Shown: positions 29,110-39,754, numbered from the stretch's first letter. The stretch is 64,000 nucleotides of DNA from Boseongicola sp. (GCA_965267405.1 OZ253954.1:1593070-1657069); one strand, 5' to 3'. Translations and numbers: made by a program. The notes: generated by a model from the letters alone, not told the origin.

Positions 29110-29499
29110 ATGGATGCGCTTAGCCTAACTCACGCGTTCCTCTATTACGTTATCGGCGTTAACGCGCTGGTTTTGGTGCTGTCTTGCTATGACAAACTGG
29201 CGGCCATGAACTTCTGGCCGCGTGTCTCAGAACGCTTTCTTTTGTGGATCTCTTTGGCTGGTGGTGCACCAGCCGCCAAATTTGTACAGCTCGTAACGGG
29301 CTACAAATCTCTGCGCATGGATTTTACGGTCAACCTAACGTTGATCATCGTCTTGCAGATCGGCGTCGGGGTGGCAGCTTGGTCGATCCAATCGCCGCTT
29401 CTCAAAGAGCTCGATCTGACAGACGTTAAGCCAACTGCATCGGCACCCGAGAAGGCCGAAGTGAAAGAACTACCTCGGCGCTTCGGCCCAGGAAGCTGA
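29110..29499 (+). CDS. DUF1294 membrane protein
   Basis: YDK.AA.....R..E..L......GG...A........YK..K..F pattern (CYDKLAAMNFWPRVSERFLLWISLAGGAPAAKFVQLVTGYKSLRMDF). Confidence 0.6.
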   Translation: MDALSLTHAFLYYVIGVNALVLVLSCYDKLAAMNFWPRVSERFLLWISLAGGAPAAKFVQLVTGYKSLRMDFTVNLTLIIVLQIGVGVAAWSIQSPLLKELDLTDVKPTASAPEKAEVKELPRRFGPGS

Positions 29500-29560
29500 G
29501 AACAGCGCCTCCTTTATTGCGGACAATTTTTGTGTTGGGCCGCCACGGTCAGGGGTGGCT

Positions 29561-29974
29561 ATGGGTTACGACGTTTATATTACGCGCAAGGCCGATTGGG
29601 CCGATACAGACGGCCCGACCATTTCTCGAACAGAATGGATGAGCCACGTTGGCGACGATCCGGAACTCATTTCCAAACCAGAAGTCATCGTAAAAAACGA
29701 ACAGGGCGACGCTTTCAATATTCGAGACGAAACCTTGGCCGTCTGGAGCAAGGACAGAACTGATGAGTTCACCAAGACTTCGGCTTTGCTTTGGCTGTCT
29801 GGCGGAAACGTTGTGGCAAAAAACCCGGATCGAGACCTGCTCACAAAGATGGGCACTATAGCCCGTGCCCTAAATGCTCAGGTTCAGGGCGAAGACGGCG
29901 TCCCCTTCGGCGGCGATGGTTTGCCAAGAAGTATGCGAGGACGCCGGGGCTGGTGGAGGTTTTGGTCGCGGTGA
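29561..29974 (+). CDS. hypothetical protein
   Basis: 137-aa soluble ORF beginning MGYDVYITRKADW, with AGGGGTGG upstream. No family recognised. Confidence 0.45.
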   Translation: MGYDVYITRKADWADTDGPTISRTEWMSHVGDDPELISKPEVIVKNEQGDAFNIRDETLAVWSKDRTDEFTKTSALLWLSGGNVVAKNPDRDLLTKMGTIARALNAQVQGEDGVPFGGDGLPRSMRGRRGWWRFWSR

Positions 29975-29980
29975 CTGATG

Positions 29981-30850
29981 TTACTGACGAACGAGTTCCT
30001 CGTACGCTGTCGAGATTTCCCGCGCCAACTGACCAACTTCGAAGTTGTAATCACCGATCTCGCCAACCGGTGTGACTTCGGCGGCCGTACCCGTCAGCCA
30101 GCACTGTTCGAAGCCTTCCATTTCGCCCGGCATGATGTGGCGTTCGTGAACCTTGATCTGGCGATCTTTCAGCATCCCGATAACTGTCTGCCGCGTGATG
30201 CCATTTAGGAAGCAATCAGCCATTGGCGTGTGGACCTCTCCGTCCTGAACGAAGAAGATGTTCGCTCCAGTGGCTTCGGCAACATAGCCGCGATAATCCA
30301 TGAACAGCGCATCCGAACACCCTTTGGCTTCGGCCGCGTGCTTTGACGTTGTACAGATCATATAAAGTCCAGCCGCCTTGGCGTGGACCGGGATGGTCTC
30401 AGGCGACGGACGTTTCCATTTCGCGATGTCCAGCTTTGCGCCTTTGAACTTGGCGTCGCCGTAATAGCTGCCCCATTCCCAGGCAGCGATGGCCAGATGC
30501 ACAGGATTGCGCGCCGAAGCGACACCCATGTCCTCACCCGCTCCGCGCCAGGCAACTGCGCGAACGTAGGCGTCAGAATGCCCGTTTACGGTCAGGACTT
30601 CTTGCTTGGCAGCTTCGATCTCATCGACCGTGTACGGGATTTGGAAATCCAGCTCGCCGGCCGAGAAATGCAGTCGTTCCGAATGTCTCCGGCTTTCAAA
30701 GATCTTGCCGTTGTAAGCGCGCTCTCCTTCGAACACGCTAGAGGCATAATGCAGGGCATGGGTCAGCACATGGACGTTGGCATCGCGCCACGGCACCATT
30801 TTGCCGTTGAACCAAATCAATCCGTCCCGATCATCATATGCGCCAGCCAT
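29981..30850 (-). CDS. ilvE: branched-chain amino acid aminotransferase (fold type IV)
   Basis: W.NG..V.W.DA.VHVL.H.LHY...VFEG.R.Y, AKA.G.Y, EA.G.N.F and GITR are IlvE signatures. Confidence 0.93.
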   Translation of the reverse strand: MAGAYDDRDGLIWFNGKMVPWRDANVHVLTHALHYASSVFEGERAYNGKIFESRRHSERLHFSAGELDFQIPYTVDEIEAAKQEVLTVNGHSDAYVRAVAWRGAGEDMGVASARNPVHLAIAAWEWGSYYGDAKFKGAKLDIAKWKRPSPETIPVHAKAAGLYMICTTSKHAAEAKGCSDALFMDYRGYVAEATGANIFFVQDGEVHTPMADCFLNGITRQTVIGMLKDRQIKVHERHIMPGEMEGFEQCWLTGTAAEVTPVGEIGDYNFEVGQLAREISTAYEELVRQ

Positions 30851-30996
30851 GACAGCCTCCTTTTCAAAAATTGCGCAAATAGTTCCGCTTCGGTCATAAA
30901 GTTGCGGAAAATTCGGGAATCGCTACCAGTGAAGCCTTGGAATGTCAACAAGGCTGACATAAAGTTGGGGCAAGGAAACGCGGAGCAGAGGCAGAA

Positions 30997-31500
30997 ATGT
31001 CGGATACGGGACCACGGCCAAGCGGCGAGAATCTGTTGTTCTTGACGGACGAGCAACTCAGCAAAGGTATCGAAGCCATGTTCTTCGCTTACCGCGGCTT
31101 TACAGCTGATCCCGACAGGATTTTGGCCGAGAAGGGATATGGACGCGCGCATCATCGGGCGATTCATTTCATCAACCGTTCTCCGGGAACCACGGTGAAT
31201 AACTTGCTGTCGATCCTAGGTGTTACCAAGCAATCGCTTAATCGTGTCTTGCGTACTTTGATTGAAGACGGTCTTGTTGAAAGTCACGTCGGTTCGCGGG
31301 ATCGGCGTGAAAGAAATCTTAACCTGACGGACGCGGGACGCCACCTTGAACACGAACTGTCTACTGCTCAACGGGAACGGATGCGTGGCGCGTTTCGATC
31401 GGCGGGTCCCGAAGCGGTATCGGGATTTCGTATGGTACTAGAAGCGATGATGGACGGCGACATGCGGCGACATTACAAGCGTCTGAAGGAGAGCGGATAA
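30997..31500 (+). CDS. MarR-family transcriptional regulator (PetP-like context)
   Basis: wHTH block TVNNLLSILGVTKQSLNRVLRTLIEDGLVESHVGSRDRRERNLNLT. The stop overlaps the start of the following response regulator, as in the petP-petR pair of Rhodobacter (from memory, unverified). Confidence 0.8.
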   Translation: MSDTGPRPSGENLLFLTDEQLSKGIEAMFFAYRGFTADPDRILAEKGYGRAHHRAIHFINRSPGTTVNNLLSILGVTKQSLNRVLRTLIEDGLVESHVGSRDRRERNLNLTDAGRHLEHELSTAQRERMRGAFRSAGPEAVSGFRMVLEAMMDGDMRRHYKRLKESG

Positions 31501-32201
31501 TGTCCCAACCAGACGCGCATTTACTGATCGTTGATGACGACGAACGCATTCGCGGGCTTTTGCAGAAATTCCTGATCCGTCATGGTTTCCTGGTGTCGGC
31601 TGCGCGCGATGCAGCACACGCAGATCGCATATTGTCGGGGCTCGACTTTGATCTCGTTGTATTGGACGTGATGATGCCGGGCGAAGACGGCATCAGTTTT
31701 TGCAAGCGGCTGCGCGCTGAACGTGAATTACCGATTTTGCTTTTGACAGCTAAAGGTGACACCGAAGATCGTATCGCTGGTCTTGAGGCTGGCGCCGATG
31801 ATTACTTGGCCAAGCCGTTTGAACCAAAAGAGCTCTTGTTGCGGATCAACTCAATCCTCAGACGGGTTCCGCCGTCTGAACCCGCTGACATGACGCCCAA
31901 GGTTCTGTCGCTCGGAATTTATCGCTACGACGTCGAAAAGGGTTCGATGTGGGAAGGCGAAAACCCGGTTCGGCTGACCGCCACCGAAAGCCAGCTCATG
32001 CGCATATTCTCGGCGTGCCCGGGCGAGGCAATCAGCAGAAGCAAGCTGGTCGAAGATCTTGGCCGGGACGGTGGACAGGCACAGGAACGTGCAATTGATG
32101 TTCAGATCACGCGCCTGCGCCGTAAGATCGAGGCCGATCCAAAACAGCCACGTTATCTTCAGACGGTGCGCGGCGCGGGATACATGCTGTCGCCAGATTA
32201 G
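31500..32201 (+). CDS. OmpR-family response regulator (PetR-like context)
   Basis: Receiver domain (LLIVDDDERIR, DLVVLDVMMPGEDG, LTAKG, DDYLAKPF) plus a winged-helix output (LT..E..L......G...SR..L, IDV.I.RLR.KIE, RGAGY). Confidence 0.9.
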   Translation: MSQPDAHLLIVDDDERIRGLLQKFLIRHGFLVSAARDAAHADRILSGLDFDLVVLDVMMPGEDGISFCKRLRAERELPILLLTAKGDTEDRIAGLEAGADDYLAKPFEPKELLLRINSILRRVPPSEPADMTPKVLSLGIYRYDVEKGSMWEGENPVRLTATESQLMRIFSACPGEAISRSKLVEDLGRDGGQAQERAIDVQITRLRRKIEADPKQPRYLQTVRGAGYMLSPD

Positions 32202-32270
32202 GATCCTGGAAACCTTTGCGAGCGCAAAGGACGATTGCGCGATTGCGCTCAATTTGTCAGAGCTTGGACC

Positions 32271-33206
32271 ATGACAACCGCTTACTTTTCGCATCCTTCA
32301 TCTTTGGATCACGTCACACCGCCCGGTCATCCTGAACAGGTGGCGCGGCTGCAATCGATTGCCTCGGCACTCGAAGACGGCACATTCGCCGACTTGGACA
32401 GACGTGATGCACCGATTGGTCGCGTAGATGACATTCTTCGCTGCCACCCTCAGCGGTATTTTGACAAGGTCGAAGCGGCAAGTCCTTCAGATGGGTGGGT
32501 GTCTCTGGACGGCGACACCCATATGTCGCCCGGATCATTCAACGCAGCTTTGCATGGTGTCGGAGCGATCACGTCAGCCGTGGATGCTGTGCTGGAGAAT
32601 TCTGCAGGCAATGCATTCTGCGCCATGCGTCCCCCGGGGCACCACGCGGAAACAGAAACTGCCATGGGTTTCTGCCTGTTTGGGAATGCGGCCATCGGTG
32701 CAAAGTACGCGCTGGATCAGCACAACCTCTCTCGCGTTGCTGTACTGGACTTCGATGTCCACCACGGCAATGGCACGCAAGACTTGCTGTGGTCGGAAGA
32801 GCGGACCCTTTTTGCGTCTTCGCACCAAATGCCGCTTTACCCAGGCACAGGGGCATCTCATGAAACGGGCGCCCACAATAACGTTCTGAACGTGTCGCTT
32901 GCGCCCATGACTGGGGGCAGAGAGATGCAACGCGCTTGGGGCGATGTCATACTTCCGGCCGTTGAATCGTTTTCGCCTGAGCTGATCATCGTTTCGGCTG
33001 GGTTTGACGCACACGCGGCTGATCCTTTGGCCAACCTGAACTGGACCACCGAAGATTTTGCGTGGGTCACTCATGCGATATGTGACGTTGCGGACGATAC
33101 TGCGAACGGTCGTGTGGTCTCGACACTGGAAGGTGGGTATGATCTGACAGCGTTGGCCGCGAGCGTCGCGGCGCATGTCAGCGTTCTGATGGAGCGAGCA
33201 AAATGA
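32271..33206 (+). CDS. histone deacetylase-family (acetoin utilisation/APAH-like) amidohydrolase
   Basis: RPPGHHA, DFDVHHGNGTQ and SAGFDAH..DPL......T are class II HDAC-like motifs. Confidence 0.85.
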   Translation: MTTAYFSHPSSLDHVTPPGHPEQVARLQSIASALEDGTFADLDRRDAPIGRVDDILRCHPQRYFDKVEAASPSDGWVSLDGDTHMSPGSFNAALHGVGAITSAVDAVLENSAGNAFCAMRPPGHHAETETAMGFCLFGNAAIGAKYALDQHNLSRVAVLDFDVHHGNGTQDLLWSEERTLFASSHQMPLYPGTGASHETGAHNNVLNVSLAPMTGGREMQRAWGDVILPAVESFSPELIIVSAGFDAHAADPLANLNWTTEDFAWVTHAICDVADDTANGRVVSTLEGGYDLTALAASVAAHVSVLMERAK

Positions 33207-33445
33207 GCGACACGCCAGTAAGCGAGATGAGTTTTGAAGACGCCATGCGCGCGTTGGAAGATGTCGTGAACCGGCTCGAGGCTGGCGATGTACCGCTGGA
33301 AGATTCCATCAAGCTTTATGAACGTGGGGCAGAGCTGAAAGCCCATTGCCAGAAGAAATTGGCCGAGGCCGAGGAAAAAGTTGCCCAAATTACGCTGGAC
33401 AAAGATGGGCAACCAACCGGAACGGCGCCGGTCGACCCACAGTGA
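33203..33445 (+). CDS. xseB: exodeoxyribonuclease VII small subunit
   Basis: FE.A...LE.IV..LE.G...LE.S...YE.G..L...C...L..AE..V pattern. The ATG overlaps the upstream stop codon (ATGA). Confidence 0.9.
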   Translation: MSDTPVSEMSFEDAMRALEDVVNRLEAGDVPLEDSIKLYERGAELKAHCQKKLAEAEEKVAQITLDKDGQPTGTAPVDPQ

Positions 33446-34305
33446 GTTTCGAAGACCGACTGAAATCTGTCGCCGCGGAAGTCGACGCGACGCTTGACGG
33501 GTATCTTGACGCAGACACCAGCACAATCGAAGAGGCGATGCGGTACGCCGTCTTGGGCGGTAAGAAACTGCGCGGGTTCCTCGTCGTTGAAAGCTGCGCA
33601 CTCCACGCTGTTCCAAAAAACGAAGCGTTGAAAGCGGCAGCTGCGATTGAATGCATCCACGCTTATTCATTGGTCCATGATGACTTGCCGTGCATGGATG
33701 ATGATGACCTGCGCCGCGGCAAACCGACCCTCCACAAACAGTGGGATGAAGCCACGGCGGTTCTCGCCGGAGACGCACTCCAGACTTTGGCCTTTGAAAT
33801 TCTTGCCGATCTGAACCTGCCAGCCGAGAGTCGGGTCAATGCGATCAGAAAATTGGCGCGAGCTTCCGGCAAAGACGGAATGGTTCTGGGGCAAGCGTTG
33901 GACATCGCTGCTGAATCCGCGACAGCTCCTCTGTCGTTGGATCAAATCAAACGGTTGCAGGCTCACAAGACCGGTTGCCTTATTGAGTGGTCAGCAACCG
34001 CTGGTGCCGTCCTGGCTGGAGCCGACGCAGGGCCGCTGCAGGCCTATGCCAACGCCTTGGGCCTCGCATTTCAGATTGCTGACGACATTCTTGACGAAAC
34101 AGGTGATGAAGCGAAGGCAGGCAAGCGTCTGAAGAAGGATGCCGACGCCGGCAAAGCCACGTTCGTTTCGCACTACGGACTTGAAGGGGCTCAAGACATG
34201 GCGCGCGCGTTGGTCGCAGACGCAATCGACGCTCTCTCCCTATATGATGCACAAGCGGACCATTTGCGGGACGCTGCCAAATTCGTTATTTCGCGCGAAC
34301 ACTAG
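33442..34305 (+). CDS. ispA: farnesyl diphosphate synthase (polyprenyl synthetase)
   Basis: First and second Asp-rich motifs are present ([17 protein letters not shown] and FQIADDILD). The GTG start overlaps the xseB stop codon (GTGA). Confidence 0.9.
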   Translation: MSFEDRLKSVAAEVDATLDGYLDADTSTIEEAMRYAVLGGKKLRGFLVVESCALHAVPKNEALKAAAAIECIHAYSLVHDDLPCMDDDDLRRGKPTLHKQWDEATAVLAGDALQTLAFEILADLNLPAESRVNAIRKLARASGKDGMVLGQALDIAAESATAPLSLDQIKRLQAHKTGCLIEWSATAGAVLAGADAGPLQAYANALGLAFQIADDILDETGDEAKAGKRLKKDADAGKATFVSHYGLEGAQDMARALVADAIDALSLYDAQADHLRDAAKFVISREH

Positions 34306-34318
34306 CGCCGGAGGATTA

Positions 34319-36244
34319 ATGGCGGACAGACCAGTGACCCCTGTTTTGGACCGAGTAACGGTTCCAGCCGACATGAAACACTTGTCGGACGCCGAGCTTC
34401 ATCAGCTTGCAGATGAATTGCGCGCTGAAACGATCAGCGCTGTTAGCGAAACGGGCGGGCATCTGGGCGCAGGTCTTGGTGTTGTTGAACTGACTGTGGC
34501 ACTGCACGCTGTTTTCGACACTCCCAAAGACAAGTTGATCTGGGATGTCAGCCACCAATGCTACCCGCACAAGATCCTGACTGGCCGCCGCGACCGCATT
34601 CGAACGATCCGTCAACAAGACGGGCTGTCCGGCTTCACGAAACGAAGTGAAAGCGCATTTGATCCCTTTGGTGCCGCCCATTCCTCGACATCAATCTCGG
34701 CTGCCTTGGGTTTCGCCGTTGCGCGCGATCTTGGTGGCTCGACGGATAGCGGTTTGGGTGACGCCATCGCGGTCATCGGCGATGGCGCGATCAGCGCGGG
34801 CATGGCCTACGAAGCGATGAACAACGCCGGTCATTTGGGTCGGCGATTGATCGTCATCTTGAACGATAACGAGATGTCGATCGCACCTCCTGTTGGCGCC
34901 ATGTCGTCCTATTTGTCGCGGCTGTATGCCGGCGCTCCATTTCAGGAATTCAAAGCTGCAGCGAAGGGCGCAGTCAGCTTGTTGCCTGAACCTTTCCGCG
35001 AAGGTGCAAAACGCGCCAAAGACATCTTAAAGCACACTGTGGTTGGCGGGACGTTATTTGAAGAGCTTGGCTTTTCTTACCTCGGGCCCATCGATGGCCA
35101 CGACATGGACCAGCTCTTGCCGGTACTGCGCACCGTAAAAGATCGCGCAACTGGCCCGATCCTGATCCATGTCATCACCAAAAAGGGCAAGGGTTACGCT
35201 CCAGCGGAAGCCGCGCGCGACCGTGGTCATGGTGTGTCGAAGTTCGACGTAGTGACGGGTGAGCAGAAGAAGGCCCCCTCGAATGCACCGACCTACACCA
35301 AGGTTTTTGCCAATGCGCTGATCGACGAAGCATCGCGCGATGACAAAGTCGTCGCTGTGACTGCCGCCATGCCGGATGGCACTGGTCTTGATCTATTTGC
35401 AGAACGATATCCATCGCGTTGCTTTGATGTTGGCATCGCCGAACAACACGGCGTTACATTTTCTGCTGGATTGGCGGCGGGCGGAATGAAGCCGTTTTGC
35501 GCAATATATTCGACTTTCCTGCAGCGGGGTTACGACCAAGTTGTCCATGACGTGGCCCTTCAACGTTTACCGGTTCGCTTCGCGATTGACCGTGCCGGGC
35601 TAGTTGGTGCTGACGGTGCAACCCATGCTGGCGCATTCGACATCGGATATCTGGCCAACCTGCCGGGTATGGTGGTGATGGCAGCCGCAGACGAAGCTGA
35701 GCTTGTCCACATGGTCGCGACGGCGGTTGCGCATAACGATGGTCCCATCGCGTTCCGGTATCCGCGTGGCGAAGGCGTGGGTGTCGACATGCCCGAACGC
35801 GGCGACGTGCTTGAGATTGGTAAAGGCCGGGTCATCCGCGAAGGAAGTCAGGTGGCAATACTATCCTTTGGAACGCGCCTGTCCGAAGTCGAAAAAGCTG
35901 CCGACGAACTTGCGCAAAAGGGCATTACGCCGACAATTGCAGATGCGCGCTTTGCCAAGCCACTGGACGAAGACCTGATCTTGCGTCTGGTCGAACAGCA
36001 CGACGCGGTTATCACCATCGAAGAAGGCGCGGTTGGCGGCTTTGGCAGCCATGTCGCCCAGTTTCTCGCAGACGCGGGTGTCTTTGATACAGGACTGAAG
36101 TACCGTTCGATGGTGCTGCCGGACACATTCATCGACCAGGCCAGTCCAAAGGCGATGTACGATATTGCCGCGATGAACGCCGAACACATCGTGACCAAGG
36201 TACTGGACGTCCTTGGTATAGTTGACATCTCAAAGCGCGCTTGA
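34319..36244 (+). CDS. dxs: 1-deoxy-D-xylulose-5-phosphate synthase
   Basis: [34 protein letters not shown]...GMA.EA.N and the TPP/transketolase-like domains. The ATG at 34319 follows GGAGGA. The order xseB-ispA-dxs is as in E. coli. Confidence 0.97.
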   Translation: MADRPVTPVLDRVTVPADMKHLSDAELHQLADELRAETISAVSETGGHLGAGLGVVELTVALHAVFDTPKDKLIWDVSHQCYPHKILTGRRDRIRTIRQQDGLSGFTKRSESAFDPFGAAHSSTSISAALGFAVARDLGGSTDSGLGDAIAVIGDGAISAGMAYEAMNNAGHLGRRLIVILNDNEMSIAPPVGAMSSYLSRLYAGAPFQEFKAAAKGAVSLLPEPFREGAKRAKDILKHTVVGGTLFEELGFSYLGPIDGHDMDQLLPVLRTVKDRATGPILIHVITKKGKGYAPAEAARDRGHGVSKFDVVTGEQKKAPSNAPTYTKVFANALIDEASRDDKVVAVTAAMPDGTGLDLFAERYPSRCFDVGIAEQHGVTFSAGLAAGGMKPFCAIYSTFLQRGYDQVVHDVALQRLPVRFAIDRAGLVGADGATHAGAFDIGYLANLPGMVVMAAADEAELVHMVATAVAHNDGPIAFRYPRGEGVGVDMPERGDVLEIGKGRVIREGSQVAILSFGTRLSEVEKAADELAQKGITPTIADARFAKPLDEDLILRLVEQHDAVITIEEGAVGGFGSHVAQFLADAGVFDTGLKYRSMVLPDTFIDQASPKAMYDIAAMNAEHIVTKVLDVLGIVDISKRA

Positions 36245-36909
36245 TGGCGGTTCTTATTTACCGATGGATCGTCTTTGGTCTTGCCGCAGGCTATCTGGTG
36301 TACCTGCTGATTATCGACGGCGACTATAGCGCGGTCGGCGGTCCATTCCGGTTTCTGACGATCTGGGCCCTTCTATTCACCTTCTTTTCGATGAGCCGGA
36401 TGATGGCGATCATGGAAGGCCGCAGTGACCGCGACTGGCCAGCCACGGTTGCGGTTACCGGTGCACTGAACTTCATGGTCGTGTTCCTCTATTGGCGTCT
36501 CTACTTCGACAATCCTGCCAACGTTCGGAGCGACGGCGAAATCACTTGGTGGATTGAATACTACGTTCATGCGCTTGGACCTTTGCTCCAATGGATCGAC
36601 ATGTTGTTCATCCACCGCAACATCCGCGGCTTCAGAAGAGCAATCGCGTTGATGGCAGCGACCATCGTGGCCTATGTCGCCTGGATCGAGCTTGTTGTTC
36701 AGAGATTTAACGATGCGCCTTTCGGCAGCGTCACCAGCGGGCTTCCGTACCCGTTCCTGAACAATCTGGATGTGTCAGGTCGCGCTGCGTTTTACGGACA
36801 AACCGCTGTCATGGCGGTGGTCATGCTTTTGGTCATTTTCGGTCTTGGGCGTCTTCTTCGGAAAGCAAAGCCTGCAGACCGTCCCGATATGTCGGATGCA
36901 AAAGCCTGA
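36244..36909 (+). CDS. integral membrane protein (possibly FAR-17a/AIG1-like)
   Basis: The start overlaps the dxs stop codon. About 6 TM helices, with LPYPFLN and HALGPLLQWIDMLF blocks that resemble AIG1-type proteins. This is a weak recollection. Confidence 0.5.
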   Translation: MAVLIYRWIVFGLAAGYLVYLLIIDGDYSAVGGPFRFLTIWALLFTFFSMSRMMAIMEGRSDRDWPATVAVTGALNFMVVFLYWRLYFDNPANVRSDGEITWWIEYYVHALGPLLQWIDMLFIHRNIRGFRRAIALMAATIVAYVAWIELVVQRFNDAPFGSVTSGLPYPFLNNLDVSGRAAFYGQTAVMAVVMLLVIFGLGRLLRKAKPADRPDMSDAKA

Positions 36910-37687
36910 CACCCAGTTCATCCTTGATCCGGTCATTTCGCACACGCTTCGATTCGGCATAGAAGCTGCGCGCCATTGGCGTCATTTCGGCTGTCTCAAA
37001 GTCGACTGCAGGCGGCAACGGTAAGCCCAACAGTTCAGCGGCGTACGCAAGAACGTCCTGTGGGGGAGCGGGGTCATCGTCACAAATATTGTAGATCGCA
37101 CCGGGATTTGGCTTTTCAATCGATGCTTCAAGCACCTGTGCGATGTCGTCGACGTGGCAGCGGCTAAAGACTTGACCCTTCTTGATGATACGGCGTGCGG
37201 TACCGTTTCTGACCTTTGCAAAGGGACCACGTCCGGGTCCGTAAATGCCAGCCAGCCGGAAAATGTGCAGCGGCAGCCCAAGCGTTTGCCACTCTGCCTC
37301 GGCATCCACACGGGCCCGCCCACGCTTGGTCGCAGGCGTTAGGGCGCTGGTTTCATCAACCCATCCGCCATCATGATCTCCATAGACACCTGTGGTCGAT
37401 AGGTACCCCACCCACTCCAAATGCTTTGCAGATGCGATCTGATCTCGATGTTCTGCCAACACCGGATCACCTTCTTTTGGCGCGACCGATGTCAAAAGAT
37501 GCGTCACGTCTTCGATTGGCAATTCCGTCCCGGGCCAGATCAGTGGCTCGATTCCCGTTGTCGCCAGCCTCTTAGCCTTTTCCTCAGATCTGGTGGTGCC
37601 AATCACCCGCCAGCCCTTTGGAATCAGGAGCTTCGCAAGACCTTGCGCCGAGAAACCGTGACCAATCGAAAGAAGCGTTTTGCCCAT
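36833..37687 (-). CDS. SDR-family NAD(P)-dependent oxidoreductase/epimerase-like protein
   Basis: MGKTLLSIGHGFSAQ (degenerate GxxGxxG Rossmann start), YLSTTGVYG and R..AE..W pattern. The 3' end overlaps the convergent membrane-protein gene. Confidence 0.7.
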   Translation of the reverse strand: MGKTLLSIGHGFSAQGLAKLLIPKGWRVIGTTRSEEKAKRLATTGIEPLIWPGTELPIEDVTHLLTSVAPKEGDPVLAEHRDQIASAKHLEWVGYLSTTGVYGDHDGGWVDETSALTPATKRGRARVDAEAEWQTLGLPLHIFRLAGIYGPGRGPFAKVRNGTARRIIKKGQVFSRCHVDDIAQVLEASIEKPNPGAIYNICDDDPAPPQDVLAYAAELLGLPLPPAVDFETAEMTPMARSFYAESKRVRNDRIKDELGVRLLHPTYRDGLQALLSEEDAQDRK

Positions 37688-37828
37688 AGCTCCAAGCAAC
37701 CGAAAAACGCCCAAGCATTCAACCCGGACAAACTTCGGGGCTTGATGCGAGTGGGCTTTCTGTGTCACTTCCGAGAATGGAAAATCAAATTATAAAAACA
37801 AAAAGCACTCTATCGGGCGAGGCCAAGC

Positions 37829-39310
37829 ATGCCTGATCTGAAAAGTCTTCCCGTTAGATCTCCTGAATTCGGAGATCACGTCTCATTCACCGACCCCGAA
37901 GCGGCTGTAGAGCTTCTGATCAAGCTGTATTCTGACGCAAGCGCGTTTCTTTGCGAAAAGTTCTCTGAAGTACTTCGCACCGGTCAATCTGATACGCGAT
38001 TTCGGGCGTTTTATCCCGAGATCCGGCTAACGACGACAAGCTTTGCACCCATCGACAATCGATTGAGCTTTGGACACGTAACCGAACCGGGTCGGTACTC
38101 AACCACCGTCACGCGCCCCGACCTTTTCGCTAACTATTTGCAGCAGCAGATCGCGCTGCTCATTCATCACCACAATACCGACATTGAAATCGGCGTTTCG
38201 CAAACTCCAATGCCTGTGCATTTTGCTGTTGCGAACGATGCCTCATTGTCTGTTCCACAAGACGGCGCGATGGACTTCACACTTCGCGATGTCTTTGACG
38301 TGCCAGATTTGGCAACAACAAACGACGATATCGTCAACGGCTATGGCTTCACTCATCAGGACGGTTCGCAGCCGCTTGCGCCATTCGCCGCACAGCGTAT
38401 CGATTATTCTCTGGCTCGCCTGTCGCACTATACCGCCACCGCAGCCGAGCATTTTCAGAACCATGTTTTGTTCACGAACTACCAGTTTTACGTGGATGAG
38501 TTTGAAGCGTTCGCGCGCGCGTCGCTGGATGATCCAAAAAGTGGCTACACAGGGTTTGTTGGACCCGGAAACGTCGAGATTACGAAGTCAGACACTCCCA
38601 TGCCCATACCGGCGCGGTTGCCACAAATGCCAACCTATCATCTGAAGCGTGAAGGTGGCGGCGGGATCACGTTGGTCAACATCGGCGTTGGCCCATCCAA
38701 CGCCAAGACGGCGACAGACCACATCGCTGTTTTGCGGCCTCACGCCTGGCTGATGTTGGGTCATTGCGCGGGCCTTCGAAACAGCCAGCGCTTGGGTGAC
38801 TTCGTTCTGGCCCACGCCTATCTGCGAGAAGACCATGTCTTGGACGATGACTTGCCAGTTTGGGTGCCGATCCCGGCCTTGGCGGAAATCCAGATCGCAT
38901 TGGAAACTGCGGTGGCCGAAATCACCCGTCTTGAAGGCTACGAACTGAAGCGGATCATGCGAACCGGAACAGTCGCGACGATCGACAACCGAAATTGGGA
39001 GCTTCGCGACCAGTCCGGCCCGGTTCAACGTCTCAGTCAAAGTCGTGCGATTGCACTCGATATGGAAAGCGCAACCATCGCCGCGAATGGTTTCCGGTTC
39101 CGCGTGCCCTATGGCACCCTTTTGTGCGTTTCAGACAAGCCGCTGCACGGTGAGCTGAAATTGCCCGGTATGGCCAGTGAATTTTACCGAACACAGGTCG
39201 CGAGCCACTTAAAAATAGGGATTCGCGCCATGGAACGACTGCGTGAAATGCCACTGGAACGCATCCATTCTCGTAAGCTCAGAAGCTTCGAAGAGACCGC
39301 TTTCCTCTGA
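37829..39310 (+). CDS. amn: AMP nucleosidase
   Basis: About 490 aa, with an N-terminal Amn regulatory domain and a C-terminal PNP/UDP phosphorylase fold (ITLVNIGVGPSNAKT..DH.AVLRP.AW.M.GHC.GL, A.DMES). Confidence 0.85.
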   Translation: MPDLKSLPVRSPEFGDHVSFTDPEAAVELLIKLYSDASAFLCEKFSEVLRTGQSDTRFRAFYPEIRLTTTSFAPIDNRLSFGHVTEPGRYSTTVTRPDLFANYLQQQIALLIHHHNTDIEIGVSQTPMPVHFAVANDASLSVPQDGAMDFTLRDVFDVPDLATTNDDIVNGYGFTHQDGSQPLAPFAAQRIDYSLARLSHYTATAAEHFQNHVLFTNYQFYVDEFEAFARASLDDPKSGYTGFVGPGNVEITKSDTPMPIPARLPQMPTYHLKREGGGGITLVNIGVGPSNAKTATDHIAVLRPHAWLMLGHCAGLRNSQRLGDFVLAHAYLREDHVLDDDLPVWVPIPALAEIQIALETAVAEITRLEGYELKRIMRTGTVATIDNRNWELRDQSGPVQRLSQSRAIALDMESATIAANGFRFRVPYGTLLCVSDKPLHGELKLPGMASEFYRTQVASHLKIGIRAMERLREMPLERIHSRKLRSFEETAFL

Positions 39311-39331
39311 AAATTGGAAAAAACCACCACA

Positions 39332-39354
39332 AAATGGGCGATATTCGCCCATTT
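39332..39354. terminator. perfect 9-bp palindromic hairpin after amn
   Basis: AAATGGGCG-ATATT-CGCCCATTT, 22 nt downstream of the amn stop codon. The A/T-rich arms could act as a terminator in either direction. Confidence 0.5.
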
Positions 39355-39443
39355 GCGCACACTAATCGTTGTATAGTGCCGCCATATCCAGTTAAATAAG
39401 GGAGATAAGCCCCTAGAATGGGCCTAGATCGAGGAGATTCAAC

Positions 39444-39731
39444 ATGGCAAAACCGATGACGAAAACCCAGCTTGTTTCAGCGTTGGCTGACAAGATGGAA
39501 AGCGACAAAAAGTCTGCTTCGGCTGCGCTTGACGCTATCATTTCCATTATCACGGAAGAAGTGTCAGGTGGCGGTGCGGTTACGCTGCCAGGCGTCGGTA
39601 AGATTTATTGCCGTGAGCGTCCGGCGCGTATGGTCCGCAATCCGGCCACGGGCGAGCAGATTCACAAGGACGCCGACAAGGTGGTCAAGATGACCATTGC
39701 GAAGGCTCTGAAAGACAGCGTCAACGACTGA
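39444..39731 (+). CDS. hup: HU-family nucleoid-associated DNA-binding protein
   Basis: MTKTQLV..LA.......K.A..A.D.....I......G..V.L.GVGK......RPAR..RNP.TGE.I is the HU/IHF fold signature. GAGGAG RBS. Confidence 0.9.
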   Translation: MAKPMTKTQLVSALADKMESDKKSASAALDAIISIITEEVSGGGAVTLPGVGKIYCRERPARMVRNPATGEQIHKDADKVVKMTIAKALKDSVND

Positions 39732-39754
39732 TACTGTCCAATCAAAAGTTTTCA

